Source of the DNA: a virus
Virus record (IMG/VR): IMGVR_UViG_3300048575_000119
Span: 3,348-67,347 of that record
DNA length: 64,000 nucleotides
Strand: one strand, 5' to 3'
This document shows positions 1 through 9,855 of this stretch, one piece after another (the stretch's first letter is position 1; each line of letters begins with the position of its first letter). Below the pieces are notes generated by a model. That model did no database searches and was not told the origin of the DNA. It saw nothing but the letters and a program-made list of their open reading frames with translations. The translations under genes were made by a program, and so were the position numbers.

Positions 1-20
1 TGGGGCTTGGGGTTCGCAAC

Positions 21-1433
21 GTGACGGCGGGAGCGGATTACGACCTCACGGGCGTCACCATCCTCGACTACCGCACCTTCAAGCTCAACACGGTAATAGC
101 GCAGCCCACGACGCACATTGACGATATCATCACGGCGGACTACCGCTTCCAAAGCGTGAATACCTTCACCTTCACGCTTCAGCCGGTGCGACGGATCGTG
201 TCGGTCGTCGGGGAGGTCTCCGGGACCCTCACACCGGACACGCACTACAAGCTCTACAAGACCGATGATCCGCTCCTCGAGGGGGAGTCAGCCCTGGCCA
301 CCGACCACATGGTCATCACGCAGGTAGGCGGCATCCCGTCAGGTGACACCATCACGATCAACGATGAGGTGCATACGCTCATCGGCTATGTCCAGGAGCC
401 TCTCGGATCGATCGGCATCAACACGAGTACGATCCGGATCTTCAACGCCGAACGCACCGTAGAGTTTGACGGCCCGGAGGCGGCTATCCCAGACTTCGAT
501 ATCATTTCGGGGACCGCTACGACCCCGGCCAAGATCGTCCGAACAAGCGCTTCAGCCATCCTCAATGGGCAAGCGGTCTCTGTTGACTACACCCACGACG
601 AGAACTTCACAGTGACCTATGTCGTCAACGACCTCATTCAGGAGCTGCAACGTAAGGTCAACTCCGGTCCGAAGCACATCACAGGTGACGTCCTCGTCAA
701 GCAATCGGTCCAGAATTCCATCGTCCTTGAAACGTCGGTCCAGATGACTACCGGCGCGAAGAAAGACAAGGTGGACCCTGCGATCCGCAGCAACGTCTCC
801 CTTGAGCTGAACAAGCGCCAAATCGGGCAAGGCGCCGCGCAATCCGACGTCATCAACTCCGTCGATTCAACCGAGGGCGTTGACTACCAGATCGTGCCAC
901 TCGCCCTCATGGCGTATGCGGACGGCTCCCGCAAGCTCCGGGAAGAGATCCTATCTACCTACACGTCCCTACCCTCACTGTATGCAGGGGGCGTCCGGGC
1001 TTACATCCTCACGAATGCCATGCAGAACCCCACGACGAATGGGGGAGGCTACGTGACTGAGCACCGGGGAGTCTTCCAAGACGACGTAGCTATGACCCTG
1101 GTGGACACTCTTGCGAATGTCGCTACGGCGGCGGGGCAAGCCTACATCATTGGGGCGGACGGGGTGATCATCACGGGCTACTCGGATGATGCCACGCTCA
1201 TAGCGGCAGGCTTCACCACGGCGGCGGCGATCCTTGCCGAAAGGCTGCGGAGGACCGCTAACCACGTCATCGTCGCCCTCTCGGCGGCGTCTTCACCGGC
1301 CGACGTTCCCACGGACCACGCGTACACCGTGAGCTACGTCATTCGCGGGGATTCGGGCGCCCACGACTTCTATGCCTCGGCGGTTGAATTCCTTGACCTT
1401 GGTTCTCTCACGGTCACCTACAGGAACGGCTGA
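21..1433 (+). CDS. Baseplate wedge subunit (baseplate J/gp6-like), C-terminal part; probably 5'-truncated by the window edge
   Basis: Frame is open from position 3 with no stop. J-like C-terminal pattern VLVKQS...IRSNVSLELNKRQIGQGAAQSDVINSVDSTEGVDY. Lies in the baseplate gene context. Confidence 0.6.
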   Translation: MTAGADYDLTGVTILDYRTFKLNTVIAQPTTHIDDIITADYRFQSVNTFTFTLQPVRRIVSVVGEVSGTLTPDTHYKLYKTDDPLLEGESALATDHMVITQVGGIPSGDTITINDEVHTLIGYVQEPLGSIGINTSTIRIFNAERTVEFDGPEAAIPDFDIISGTATTPAKIVRTSASAILNGQAVSVDYTHDENFTVTYVVNDLIQELQRKVNSGPKHITGDVLVKQSVQNSIVLETSVQMTTGAKKDKVDPAIRSNVSLELNKRQIGQGAAQSDVINSVDSTEGVDYQIVPLALMAYADGSRKLREEILSTYTSLPSLYAGGVRAYILTNAMQNPTTNGGGYVTEHRGVFQDDVAMTLVDTLANVATAAGQAYIIGADGVIITGYSDDATLIAAGFTTAAAILAERLRRTANHVIVALSAASSPADVPTDHAYTVSYVIRGDSGAHDFYASAVEFLDLGSLTVTYRNG

Positions 1434-2146
1434 TGGCGCGGTTTGGGATTGTCTACGGCCTCTATGACCCTCGGGATAACGAGCTTAGATACGTGGGTCA
1501 AACTACGAGATCTCTGAAAAAGCGGCTCCAAGAGCACACGCACGCTCTTAGTCGCGCCAGATCAACACATTTGGCGCATTGGGTTTCGTTGCTATGGAGC
1601 TTGGGGCTTCGACCGCACATCAAAGAGCTTGCAACAGCAGACTCCCGAGAATCACTCGACGCTTTGGAGATTTCAACCATTGCGTCGCTTCGTAGTATGG
1701 GCGTTCGACTTACCAACCACACAGATGGTGGCGGAGGACAAACCGGGCGAGTTGTTTCAGAAGAGACCCGTCACAAGCTCTCCGTGGCGAACAAGGGGCG
1801 CCCTGCTCCCCACATGCAACAACCGCGTTCCGAAGAGACAAAGCTCAAAATACAGCACACCTTGAAGGGGCGTGATATCGGAGAGTCTAGCCCACGTTTC
1901 CGCAAGGACATTACTTTGGACAGCATCCTTCGGGAGTTGTCCAAAGGTTGCTCGCAAGAGGACGTCGCGAAAACCCTTGGTGTCTCTTACAATACGGTGG
2001 CCAATCGCTTACGGCAGGCACGTAAGCAAGGCATCCAGGTTCCTAAGAACTACAAGGCGTGGAATAAGGGCAAGGTGCATTCTTCGGAGCATCTTGCTGC
2101 TTGGCACCGATCTCGTTGGGGAGGTACTGATGGCCAGGTTCTCTGA
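1433..2146 (+). mobile_element. Free-standing GIY-YIG homing endonuclease with NUMOD3 repeats and a C-terminal HTH
   Basis: GIVYGLYDPRDNELRYVGQTTRSLKKRLQEH; NUMOD3-like SEETRHKLSVANKG and SEETKLKIQHTLKG; HTH SQEDVAKTLGVSYNTVANRL. Confidence 0.85.
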
Positions 2147-2939
2147 TGATCCCAACCGGTTGAATTACAATACGAAGCGTGCAGGCAAGGAGTACAACCT
2201 CCGCCTTCAACAGCGGGCGAAGGCGATCTTTGCGACGCTCATGGGCCTCCTTCCCTCCAACTGGATCTCGACCGTTCAAGGACCGAACTACACGAATGAG
2301 CTGAAGGCGGTAGCGGTTGAGCTTGCCCGGCTTGAGCTTGCCTTGGAGGACATCGATCGCGACCACGGGTTTTCGCAGACGCGATCGGACTTCCTCTATT
2401 CCATCGTGGGCTACCTCGTGATTCTCAACGGGCAGCTACCAGGGTTGGAGTATAGCGACGAGCAATTCAGGCAATTCTTCCTCAACCTCATCCAGATCTA
2501 CTTCCAAGGGGCCGTCCCGGCTGCCATCCAAGACGCCGTGGCGCTCTTCATCACAGGCTCCGTAGAGGTTAAGGAGAACTACCTCTTGGTGCGTAAGGGC
2601 GCGTCGGGCCTAGACATTTCAGACCAATTTGGTTTCCAGATCGATGTAGCCTGCTCCGGGAGCTTCCCCGATGATCTCTTCGTCATCGATGCGGCGCTCC
2701 GGCAGATCCTCGATATCATTCGCCCGGCGCACACGCTCTACCGGATTCGCTACATCTTCGAGGACAAGTACAGCCCGAATGACCCCCTGGGGCGGATCAT
2801 CGACTCCATGCGGTGGCGCCTCAGCACGTACTACTACGAGGACATGCGGGCGTATTGGGCTGGAATCAAGGATCGTGACAGGCTTGGGCGCAAGGTCAAC
2901 CGCACCGTGGTCAATGAGGACCACAGCGATGACTTCTGA
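2130..2939 (+). CDS. Baseplate wedge protein (tail protein I/gp7-like)
   Basis: ATG at 2130 after GAGG. Follows the J-like gene. LRQILDIIRPAHTLY resembles the KPAH motif of baseplate wedge proteins. Confidence 0.55.
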   Translation: MARFSDDPNRLNYNTKRAGKEYNLRLQQRAKAIFATLMGLLPSNWISTVQGPNYTNELKAVAVELARLELALEDIDRDHGFSQTRSDFLYSIVGYLVILNGQLPGLEYSDEQFRQFFLNLIQIYFQGAVPAAIQDAVALFITGSVEVKENYLLVRKGASGLDISDQFGFQIDVACSGSFPDDLFVIDAALRQILDIIRPAHTLYRIRYIFEDKYSPNDPLGRIIDSMRWRLSTYYYEDMRAYWAGIKDRDRLGRKVNRTVVNEDHSDDF

Positions 2940-2976
2940 GTCCTTTTATAGCTGCATCAAGCTGGAGGTTCGTCTC

Positions 2977-3478
2977 ATGCACATTCCGCAGAACGTCATT
3001 CTTCAACGCGCTCACTGCCGCGTCCAAGTTCGCCGGGCCTATGACTTCGATGAGAAGCGTGGCCTCTTCCTCTACCGTGACGAGGATCCCGTCGAGTCTC
3101 TCAACGAGATCACCAACGCGGGCCGTATTCAGCTCCATACTTTCTGCTACGGGACGGCTTCCCGCACGAACGGCCTCAACTACATCGGCCTTTCGAATGA
3201 CGGCAACAGCCCCAGCCGATACGGCGCTCACGAGCGAGCTTTCGGGCAACGGCCTCACCCGCGCGCAGGGTACGGTGACGCCTCCAACGGGCTCCGGAAA
3301 CCAAACGACGATCCAGCACGTCTTCACCTACACGGGCGGCGGGTCGCAGGCGGTCCAAAAGACAGCCCTCTTTGACCAGGCCAGCGGGGGCGTCATGGCG
3401 CACGAGATCCTCTTCACGCAGAGGACCCTGTTCACCAACGACACCCTGACCGTGACATTCACGCTCACCCTGGGATAG
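2977..3478 (+). pseudogene. Tail/baseplate structural protein interrupted by a +1 frameshift at about 3202 (real lesion or sequence error)
   Basis: GGAGG plus ATG at 2977 gives MHIPQ...NYIGLSND in frame 1. The natural continuation ATAPADTALTSEL...TLTVTFTLTLG is in frame 2 (ORF 3041-3478). Confidence 0.7.
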
Positions 3479-3522
3479 AAATCCTCATGTTTTCAAGGGG
3501 TTGCGTGTGTTAAGGGTAAATG

Positions 3523-3552
3523 TTGTCATGTGGGTGTTAGGTGTGCTAAGGT
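3523..3552 (+). promoter_or_regulatory. Sigma70-type promoter for a leaderless homing endonuclease mRNA
   Basis: TTGTCA (3523-3528), 18 nt spacer, extended -10 TG-C-TAAGGT (3544-3552), 7 nt, ATG at 3560; no SD. Confidence 0.5.
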
Positions 3553-3559
3553 GTTCCGT

Positions 3560-4378
3560 ATGAAGATTCACGGCGTCATCTATGGATTGCACGACCCTGA
3601 GACTGGGGAACTACGGTATATCGGGCAAACAGTCACCACGGTTGTCCAACGCCTACGCACCCACATCACACCATCTCAACTCAAAAAGCATACCTATCTT
3701 GCTCGGTGGCTCTTGGGCCTTGTGAAACGGGGTCTGTCCCCCACATGGTCGCAGATTGCTATAGCTCAAAGTCAATCTGAACTTGATCGCCTGGAGATTG
3801 AGTTCATTGCCGAGGCTCGTGCTGTTGGTGTTCGGCTTGTGAATCTTTCCGCAGGCGGTGGTGGGCGTTTCGGGTATGTTCCGTCCGCAGAGGAGCGAGA
3901 GAAGATTCGTAAGGGTAATCTGGGCAAGCCTCATCCAAAGCATACGCCCGAGTGGCGCGAACACATGGCCCAGCTCATGGCGGGGCGGTGTACCAACACG
4001 CCCGAGCACATGGCGAAGCTAGCGGAGTCCAAGCGTGGTGTTCAGAGGTCTCAAGAGGTACGAGACAAGATCTCCAAAGCTAAGAGGGGATGCCCTTCCC
4101 ATAACAAGGGCGTCCCTATGTCCGAATCGGTCAAGGCCAAGGTATCGGCAGCTCGCAAGGGTAAACTAAAGGGATCGACCCACCCTCAATATCGGCACGA
4201 CATCTCGACTGACGACATCCTCCAGCGACTCTCCAACGGTCAGAGTAAAGTCGAAATCGCGGTGGCGCTTGGGGTCTCACCTACATTCATTCACCGCCGT
4301 TTGAATCAACTTGGGCGCCAAGTCCAGCCGCGCCTAAGCGGCGCGAGAGGTGCTTATGGCGATCGAACGTTTTGCTAA
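3560..4378 (+). mobile_element. Free-standing GIY-YIG homing endonuclease (second paralog) with NUMOD3 repeats and a C-terminal HTH
   Basis: GVIYGLHDPETGELRYIGQT; repeats SAEEREKIRKGNLG, SQEVRDKISKAKRG, SESVKAKVSAARKG; HTH SKVEIAVALGVSPTFIHRRL. Confidence 0.85.
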
Positions 4379-7300
4379 CAAGGCAAGCACCACGCTTGCC
4401 GCAGGGATAGGGTCAGGGGACCTCTCGCTCACGGTTGCCTCGGCGGCGCTCTTCCCGACCTCCGGGCAATTCCGCATCATCATCGAGAACGAGATCCTCC
4501 TCGTCTCGGCAGTGGCTGGGACGACCTTCACGGTAGCACGCGGTCAAGAGGGTACGACGGCGACGAGTCATGGCTCGGGCATGCCGGTGACGTGCATCTT
4601 GACCGCTGCGGCTGTCAACAAGATCAAGGACGACACGCCCCGTCCCAAGAAGTCCTACCTCCCGCTTGTAGCGGGGCAGCAATACGCCACGACGACGCTC
4701 TACAGCACCCTTGGGGCCGGAACGGGTGTTGTTGCGACCCGCCAATACGGCCTTGCAGGTGTGAGTGAGATCACGACGGTCTCGGATTCGGCTACGGGGG
4801 CACGCAGCACAAGCACGGGGGTTTCCGAAACCACGACGGTTTCTGACACTGCCCACGGGAGCGCAGGTTACCACCCCGATGCCCTCGAGACGGTGGCTAT
4901 AGCTGAATCGGTAAGTACCCCGCAAGCCTACGCCCTTGGCGTGGATGAGACCACGGGGCTGACCGAAGATCTCCTCGTCCAAGATCGTGTTTCGATCCGA
5001 GAGACCATTACCGTCTATGCCTCCCTCTCGGTGGGCTTGGCTCGGACTCTCGGGTTTGCCGTCACCGTTCCCTTCACAGAGGGCAACGTTTCGTCAACAG
5101 GCGCTACCAGAAGCCTGGTCGAATCAGTCTTCTTGGCTGAAAACCTCACAGATAGCCCGAGCGCCATGGCGTTCGTCCATGAGGTCATCTCCCTTGATGA
5201 ATCCTGCACGATCGGCACCGAGGGAATCAGCCCCACCGATCGATCCCTTCGCGTCAGGTTCTCCGCAGATATGGACAAGGATGGCCTCACCAATCCCGAC
5301 AACTACGCTATTCGGGCCGTCACAGGGTACCCCGTCCAGATCACAGCCATCACCCCGATTCATCAAGAGGTGCAGGCCGGAGCGTCTTGTAGGGTTCTAT
5401 CCACCGGGGCCTTGACCTTTACGGACGCCTCCATCGCTTTCACGGTAGGCCACTACATTGACCTCGGTGACGGATCCCCGGCCAAGATCCTCACGGCAGC
5501 AGGACCAACCGTCACCATCGACCGTTACCTTCCCCCAACGGTCCGTGCTACCGCTTGGGCAGAAGTCGTCTACACGGGAGTCACTCTCACCACGACCAAG
5601 GCTACCGACGACCGCCTCTATCAGCTAAGCGTCCGGAATCTCAAGGACATCTCCGGAGCAGCCGTGACCTTCACGCAAGACTACATCGCGGTAGCCTCCA
5701 AGCCACGCCTCACGGCCGTAGACGTCCTCACGGATGGTCAGCTCCTCTTGACCTTCAGCGAGGCAATGCGGGCGGACAACATCTTGACCTCAACGTCAGA
5801 GTACCGTGTTGTCGGCACCCCCGAAGTCACGGTTCAGGATGTCTTGCCGATTTCGGCGACGCAGGTGCTTCTCAAGACGAAGGGGATGACGGGGGGAGCG
5901 TACACAATCGAGGTTAACGCTTCTGGGACGCCTCACGACGAGGCGGGCAACCCCATCGACCCGGTTTTCAATGCTGCCATTTTCACGGGCAGCCTACCGA
6001 TCACGGCGCGATCAGTCTTCACTGACAAGGGGCCGATCGCGAAGCCTGCCTTGACGATGCTCTCGGGGACGGGCGTTACCATTGAGAGCCCGAACACGGT
6101 CGTACTCACAGGGGCGGCTATCCTTCCGGCGCACGTTGGGCTCTACGTGACGCTTTCAGGGTCCTCCGTGACCAACGATGGGTCCTACCGCATCGCCGCC
6201 CGGCTTTCGGCAACACGGGTCCGCCTGGTTGCCTCCTTGAACCTGACGGAGACGGGGACGCTTGCTTGGGCAGTCGTTGATGAACGCAACGGGCAGGTGG
6301 CAGACGATCCCTCCGATGTGACTGTGACCGTGAACGGTACCCCGGTGGTTCCTGAATCAGTCATCGGCTTGCTTGGGCAGGTAGTACTTCCCTCGGCACC
6401 CGTCCATGGGGACGATGTGCAAGTGGGCTATGCTTGGGTTCCCAATCCAACCTTGGAGTTCCGGCGCCTCAACTCTAAGGAATTCCGCCTCAATTGTTGG
6501 AACCGTGACCAGGGGGTTGAATCCGCGCATCGTTACCGCTTCAACAGCACGCTCATTCAGCCGGGGGAGTTTAACCCGCTCGATCTGCGCGCTTTACTTG
6601 CCCAACCCCTCGCGCGAGAGATGCACTACCGAGGGCTTGAGCGGGGATACACGGCGGCCTTGAATGACCCCAACCTGCTCCTTTTGAATACACCGTCCCA
6701 CCACATCGCATACCCTCCGATGCAGCGGGCGCTAACCAACCTCTTCGTCCCCTATGAGGCGCTCACGCTACCTGAAGCCGACGCGACCTATCCATGGGAG
6801 CGGGTTGGGACGGGGACAGCAACGGTTTCCGCAGGTGTCTTGACGATCGTTGATGACTCCTCGGGGATCTTTCCCACGGGGAAGCCGATCTTCTGGCGAC
6901 GTGATTTGGACCTGACGTTCCCTGCGGTCTTCGCGACCTCCTGGCGAATGACGCTCACGGCGCCATCGGCTCCCGATGGTGTATTCACGGGGGTAGCAGC
7001 GGGGTTCTCGGATGACGAGAAGGCTTGCATTATCGGCTACATCCTTGACGGGACCACGAGAAAGCTCGGGATCTTGATTGACCCCGCCAACCCTTCGGAC
7101 ATCGCCTCGTGGTCGGGTAGCACAACGACCTCGGGGGCTCCGATTGAGATCGATTGGTCTGTGATCCACAGCTACCGCATCCTTCGCGATCGTGACGGGA
7201 CCGTTCGTGTTTATCTTGATGGGAGTATCGTTGAAAGCCTCCGGTTGTCGCGTGATGCCCTGCCCCCCTTGGAATCGCTCGAGGAGCCCTTCGATGCCAT

Positions 7301-9845
7301 CCAAGGGGTCTTCTTTGGGGCTCTTTCCCGCCCGGCTAAGAGTACCTCCACGTGGGACTTCGTTCGCTACCTGGTTCTTCCAACCAACCCCCAGCAATCG
7401 GCGCCGTCGATCTTCGTAAGCTACGAGGCCACGCAAGTTCCAGAGCGCAGCACCGATCCTTGGACCCCCATTGGGGCGCATGGATCGGAAACCATCACGG
7501 GGGCAGATTTCCTCCTCTTGGATTCCACAAGCGCAACTGACGCCGACGCTGGTTTGGTCAATGGTGACTTCCGAGGCTTCATCCGGCTCGAGCCGCTTCT
7601 TTCAGCAGCATCCGATGACGTTCTGGATGTGAACCTTCAGGTTCGAACGATCACCTCTGGAATCGATCCGAATGCGGTCATGGCTGCTATGGACGACGGC
7701 ACACGCCTCATTCAGCTCAGCCTCTTCGCGGATACAGCCTCTCCCAAGTTCAGCTACGGCGGCAGGGTTCTTCCCCCGGACTTCACCCCTTATGCCTGGC
7801 AGACCTTGGGGACAGCTACGGCGGCTATGGTTGGGCCGAAGCTACGCATCACGGATACGACCACGACGGGCGGGCGCGTGTACTTCATCGACGATACCGC
7901 TGCCCCCGGGGCGTCCGACCGTGTTATCGGGGGCACTACCGATTACATCTTCGAATTCCGATGCAAGGTCATCTCGCATACGGCCGAAACAGGGCCAGAT
8001 CCCAAGTTCGCGGGCGTCCTTGCCCAGGCTTACGACGGCTCCCGTCTTGTTGGCCTCATGTTCGTAGAGGTCGCCGGGGTTCGGCAGCTCGCGCTTCATT
8101 CCGATGGGGTTGTCAAGGCGGTCTTGAGCTACGTGTGGGACAATCAGGAGCACACGTACAGGGTTTCGAAGAGCACCTCGGGCAACCTGGTGAGCGTCTT
8201 CGTTGACTCTGTCTTCATCGGGTCCTTGGCCTATTCGAGCTTTGATGCTCCGGCGATAGCCGACCCGGTCGGTGTCTTCTCCTTCGGTAGCGCGACTCCT
8301 TCAAGCACCGGGGCTGTATCGGTCGTCGATTGGAGCTACGCCAACGTCTGGCGTGTCCTCGCCTCTGTGCGGCGCTACGCGGGCATTTGGAAAGGCTATG
8401 ACCCTGACAGCCTTACGGGTTACCACCTCCCGCTCAAGGTCACTGGGCGCAATGCTAACATCGTAGGCAATGCGGTTGGATGCCTGGGCGCCCAATTCAT
8501 CTCGAACGGCGTCGTGACAGGTGATAAGCTCATCATCGACAGCGGTGCCAACAAGGGGGTCTACGAGGTTGCGGCCGTCACGAGTCAAACCACCTTGACG
8601 CTCACAAACAGCCCTCCGCAGCTCCCCGCCCTTGAGGACTTCCGGATCGTCAAGGAAACCGACTGGAGCACCTACCACCGTTATCGGATCTCGAGAACGC
8701 CTAACGGAGCTGTGAGCGTCTTCCTGGATTCCGCGACGCTTCCGATGATCGAGGTAGGCTACAACGACCTCGACTTGCCTTCAAGCTCTGTAGGTATCGT
8801 TCGAAAGCTCGGCGCGGGCATCCCGGCCATTGCCTTCGGGGCTTTCGATCCCACGAACCTCTCACAGACCTCTTGGGACTACGTTCGTTACGGGATCACA
8901 CGGTCTCCCACAGAGATGCGAATCGTTCCGCATCATGAGCTAATCAACCAGTGGAACGTCATCGCGTCACCCGAGCACCTTTTCACGGACACGCCGCACG
9001 ATCATACGGGCTACATGTCCTGCTCGACGGGGATCCCTCCATCGGGGACGCCTGACTTCCTCAAGGATTCAGGGCTTGTAGCCTTCACGATCCTTGGCGA
9101 CGATACCCCGCTGGTCCCACAAACGCAGAGCCTTGAGGTTCGGAGACCCACGCCCGTAGCGGTTCCGGTATCGGCCCTCAATCGCCCAGAGGACGTCCTC
9201 AACACAGATCCTGACTTCGTCCTGAATGACACGCGGCGGAGGGTTGAGCTTATTATGCCGGAGGACGTCCTCTACAATTGCCTAGAGATCATCGAGCAGG
9301 ATACCGGAGACCCCCATCTGGTCACCTCTCTTGATGACGACGGCGGTTTGGGCTGGGGCACCTTCAGCTACACAGGGACTCACTGCCTGGAGTACTTGGC
9401 GGATGCCTTGCCCGAAGATACTGAGAGCCCCACCCCTTGGGAGCTGGTGAGCGACGACCCCACGCAAGTCTTGCGATCGGTAAGCGGTGGCATCCTGACC
9501 TATGCGATCGGAGCGATCGGCACGTGCTCGATCTACCGCAATGCTACGCCGCTTCCGGATGCCATCGGGCTTGAAACCACGGCGAGCTTCAAGATCAGGG
9601 TCTTGAATGACACGACCCTGGGGCTTGGCGACACGCAGATTCGCGTAGGCATCTCGTTCCCAGAGGTCACAGCGGGGCTGGCCTTCGCAACGGTCCCTAC
9701 GGGTGAGCGCTATGTCCTTGTCATAGACCTCAATTCAGGCGAGGTTGTTGGCGGCATCCCCTTTGACTACCTTGACGGCGCCTACCACACCTACCGCATG
9801 GTCAAGGATGTGCAGAATGATGCGTTGCAGATCTACATAGATTAG
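4356..9845 (+). CDS. Large virion structural protein with Ig-like and LamG/concanavalin-like repeats
   Basis: About 1829 aa, rich in Thr/Ser/Gly/Val. Repeated VRFS.xM...LTN..NY and (W/Y)HxYR motifs. GAGG before ATG 4356. Confidence 0.6.
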   Translation: MAIERFANKASTTLAAGIGSGDLSLTVASAALFPTSGQFRIIIENEILLVSAVAGTTFTVARGQEGTTATSHGSGMPVTCILTAAAVNKIKDDTPRPKKSYLPLVAGQQYATTTLYSTLGAGTGVVATRQYGLAGVSEITTVSDSATGARSTSTGVSETTTVSDTAHGSAGYHPDALETVAIAESVSTPQAYALGVDETTGLTEDLLVQDRVSIRETITVYASLSVGLARTLGFAVTVPFTEGNVSSTGATRSLVESVFLAENLTDSPSAMAFVHEVISLDESCTIGTEGISPTDRSLRVRFSADMDKDGLTNPDNYAIRAVTGYPVQITAITPIHQEVQAGASCRVLSTGALTFTDASIAFTVGHYIDLGDGSPAKILTAAGPTVTIDRYLPPTVRATAWAEVVYTGVTLTTTKATDDRLYQLSVRNLKDISGAAVTFTQDYIAVASKPRLTAVDVLTDGQLLLTFSEAMRADNILTSTSEYRVVGTPEVTVQDVLPISATQVLLKTKGMTGGAYTIEVNASGTPHDEAGNPIDPVFNAAIFTGSLPITARSVFTDKGPIAKPALTMLSGTGVTIESPNTVVLTGAAILPAHVGLYVTLSGSSVTNDGSYRIAARLSATRVRLVASLNLTETGTLAWAVVDERNGQVADDPSDVTVTVNGTPVVPESVIGLLGQVVLPSAPVHGDDVQVGYAWVPNPTLEFRRLNSKEFRLNCWNRDQGVESAHRYRFNSTLIQPGEFNPLDLRALLAQPLAREMHYRGLERGYTAALNDPNLLLLNTPSHHIAYPPMQRALTNLFVPYEALTLPEADATYPWERVGTGTATVSAGVLTIVDDSSGIFPTGKPIFWRRDLDLTFPAVFATSWRMTLTAPSAPDGVFTGVAAGFSDDEKACIIGYILDGTTRKLGILIDPANPSDIASWSGSTTTSGAPIEIDWSVIHSYRILRDRDGTVRVYLDGSIVESLRLSRDALPPLESLEEPFDAIQGVFFGALSRPAKSTSTWDFVRYLVLPTNPQQSAPSIFVSYEATQVPERSTDPWTPIGAHGSETITGADFLLLDSTSATDADAGLVNGDFRGFIRLEPLLSAASDDVLDVNLQVRTITSGIDPNAVMAAMDDGTRLIQLSLFADTASPKFSYGGRVLPPDFTPYAWQTLGTATAAMVGPKLRITDTTTTGGRVYFIDDTAAPGASDRVIGGTTDYIFEFRCKVISHTAETGPDPKFAGVLAQAYDGSRLVGLMFVEVAGVRQLALHSDGVVKAVLSYVWDNQEHTYRVSKSTSGNLVSVFVDSVFIGSLAYSSFDAPAIADPVGVFSFGSATPSSTGAVSVVDWSYANVWRVLASVRRYAGIWKGYDPDSLTGYHLPLKVTGRNANIVGNAVGCLGAQFISNGVVTGDKLIIDSGANKGVYEVAAVTSQTTLTLTNSPPQLPALEDFRIVKETDWSTYHRYRISRTPNGAVSVFLDSATLPMIEVGYNDLDLPSSSVGIVRKLGAGIPAIAFGAFDPTNLSQTSWDYVRYGITRSPTEMRIVPHHELINQWNVIASPEHLFTDTPHDHTGYMSCSTGIPPSGTPDFLKDSGLVAFTILGDDTPLVPQTQSLEVRRPTPVAVPVSALNRPEDVLNTDPDFVLNDTRRRVELIMPEDVLYNCLEIIEQDTGDPHLVTSLDDDGGLGWGTFSYTGTHCLEYLADALPEDTESPTPWELVSDDPTQVLRSVSGGILTYAIGAIGTCSIYRNATPLPDAIGLETTASFKIRVLNDTTLGLGDTQIRVGISFPEVTAGLAFATVPTGERYVLVIDLNSGEVVGGIPFDYLDGAYHTYRMVKDVQNDALQIYID

Positions 9846-9855
9846 AGGAGCAGCT

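Noticed and set aside
1872-2129. N-terminal extension of the baseplate gene in the ORF track
   Set aside because: It overlaps the endonuclease out of frame; the better start is ATG 2130 with a GAGG RBS.
1433-4378. Group I introns housing the GIY-YIG genes
   Set aside because: Both endonucleases sit between complete flanking genes, and there is no non-coding room for a ribozyme core.
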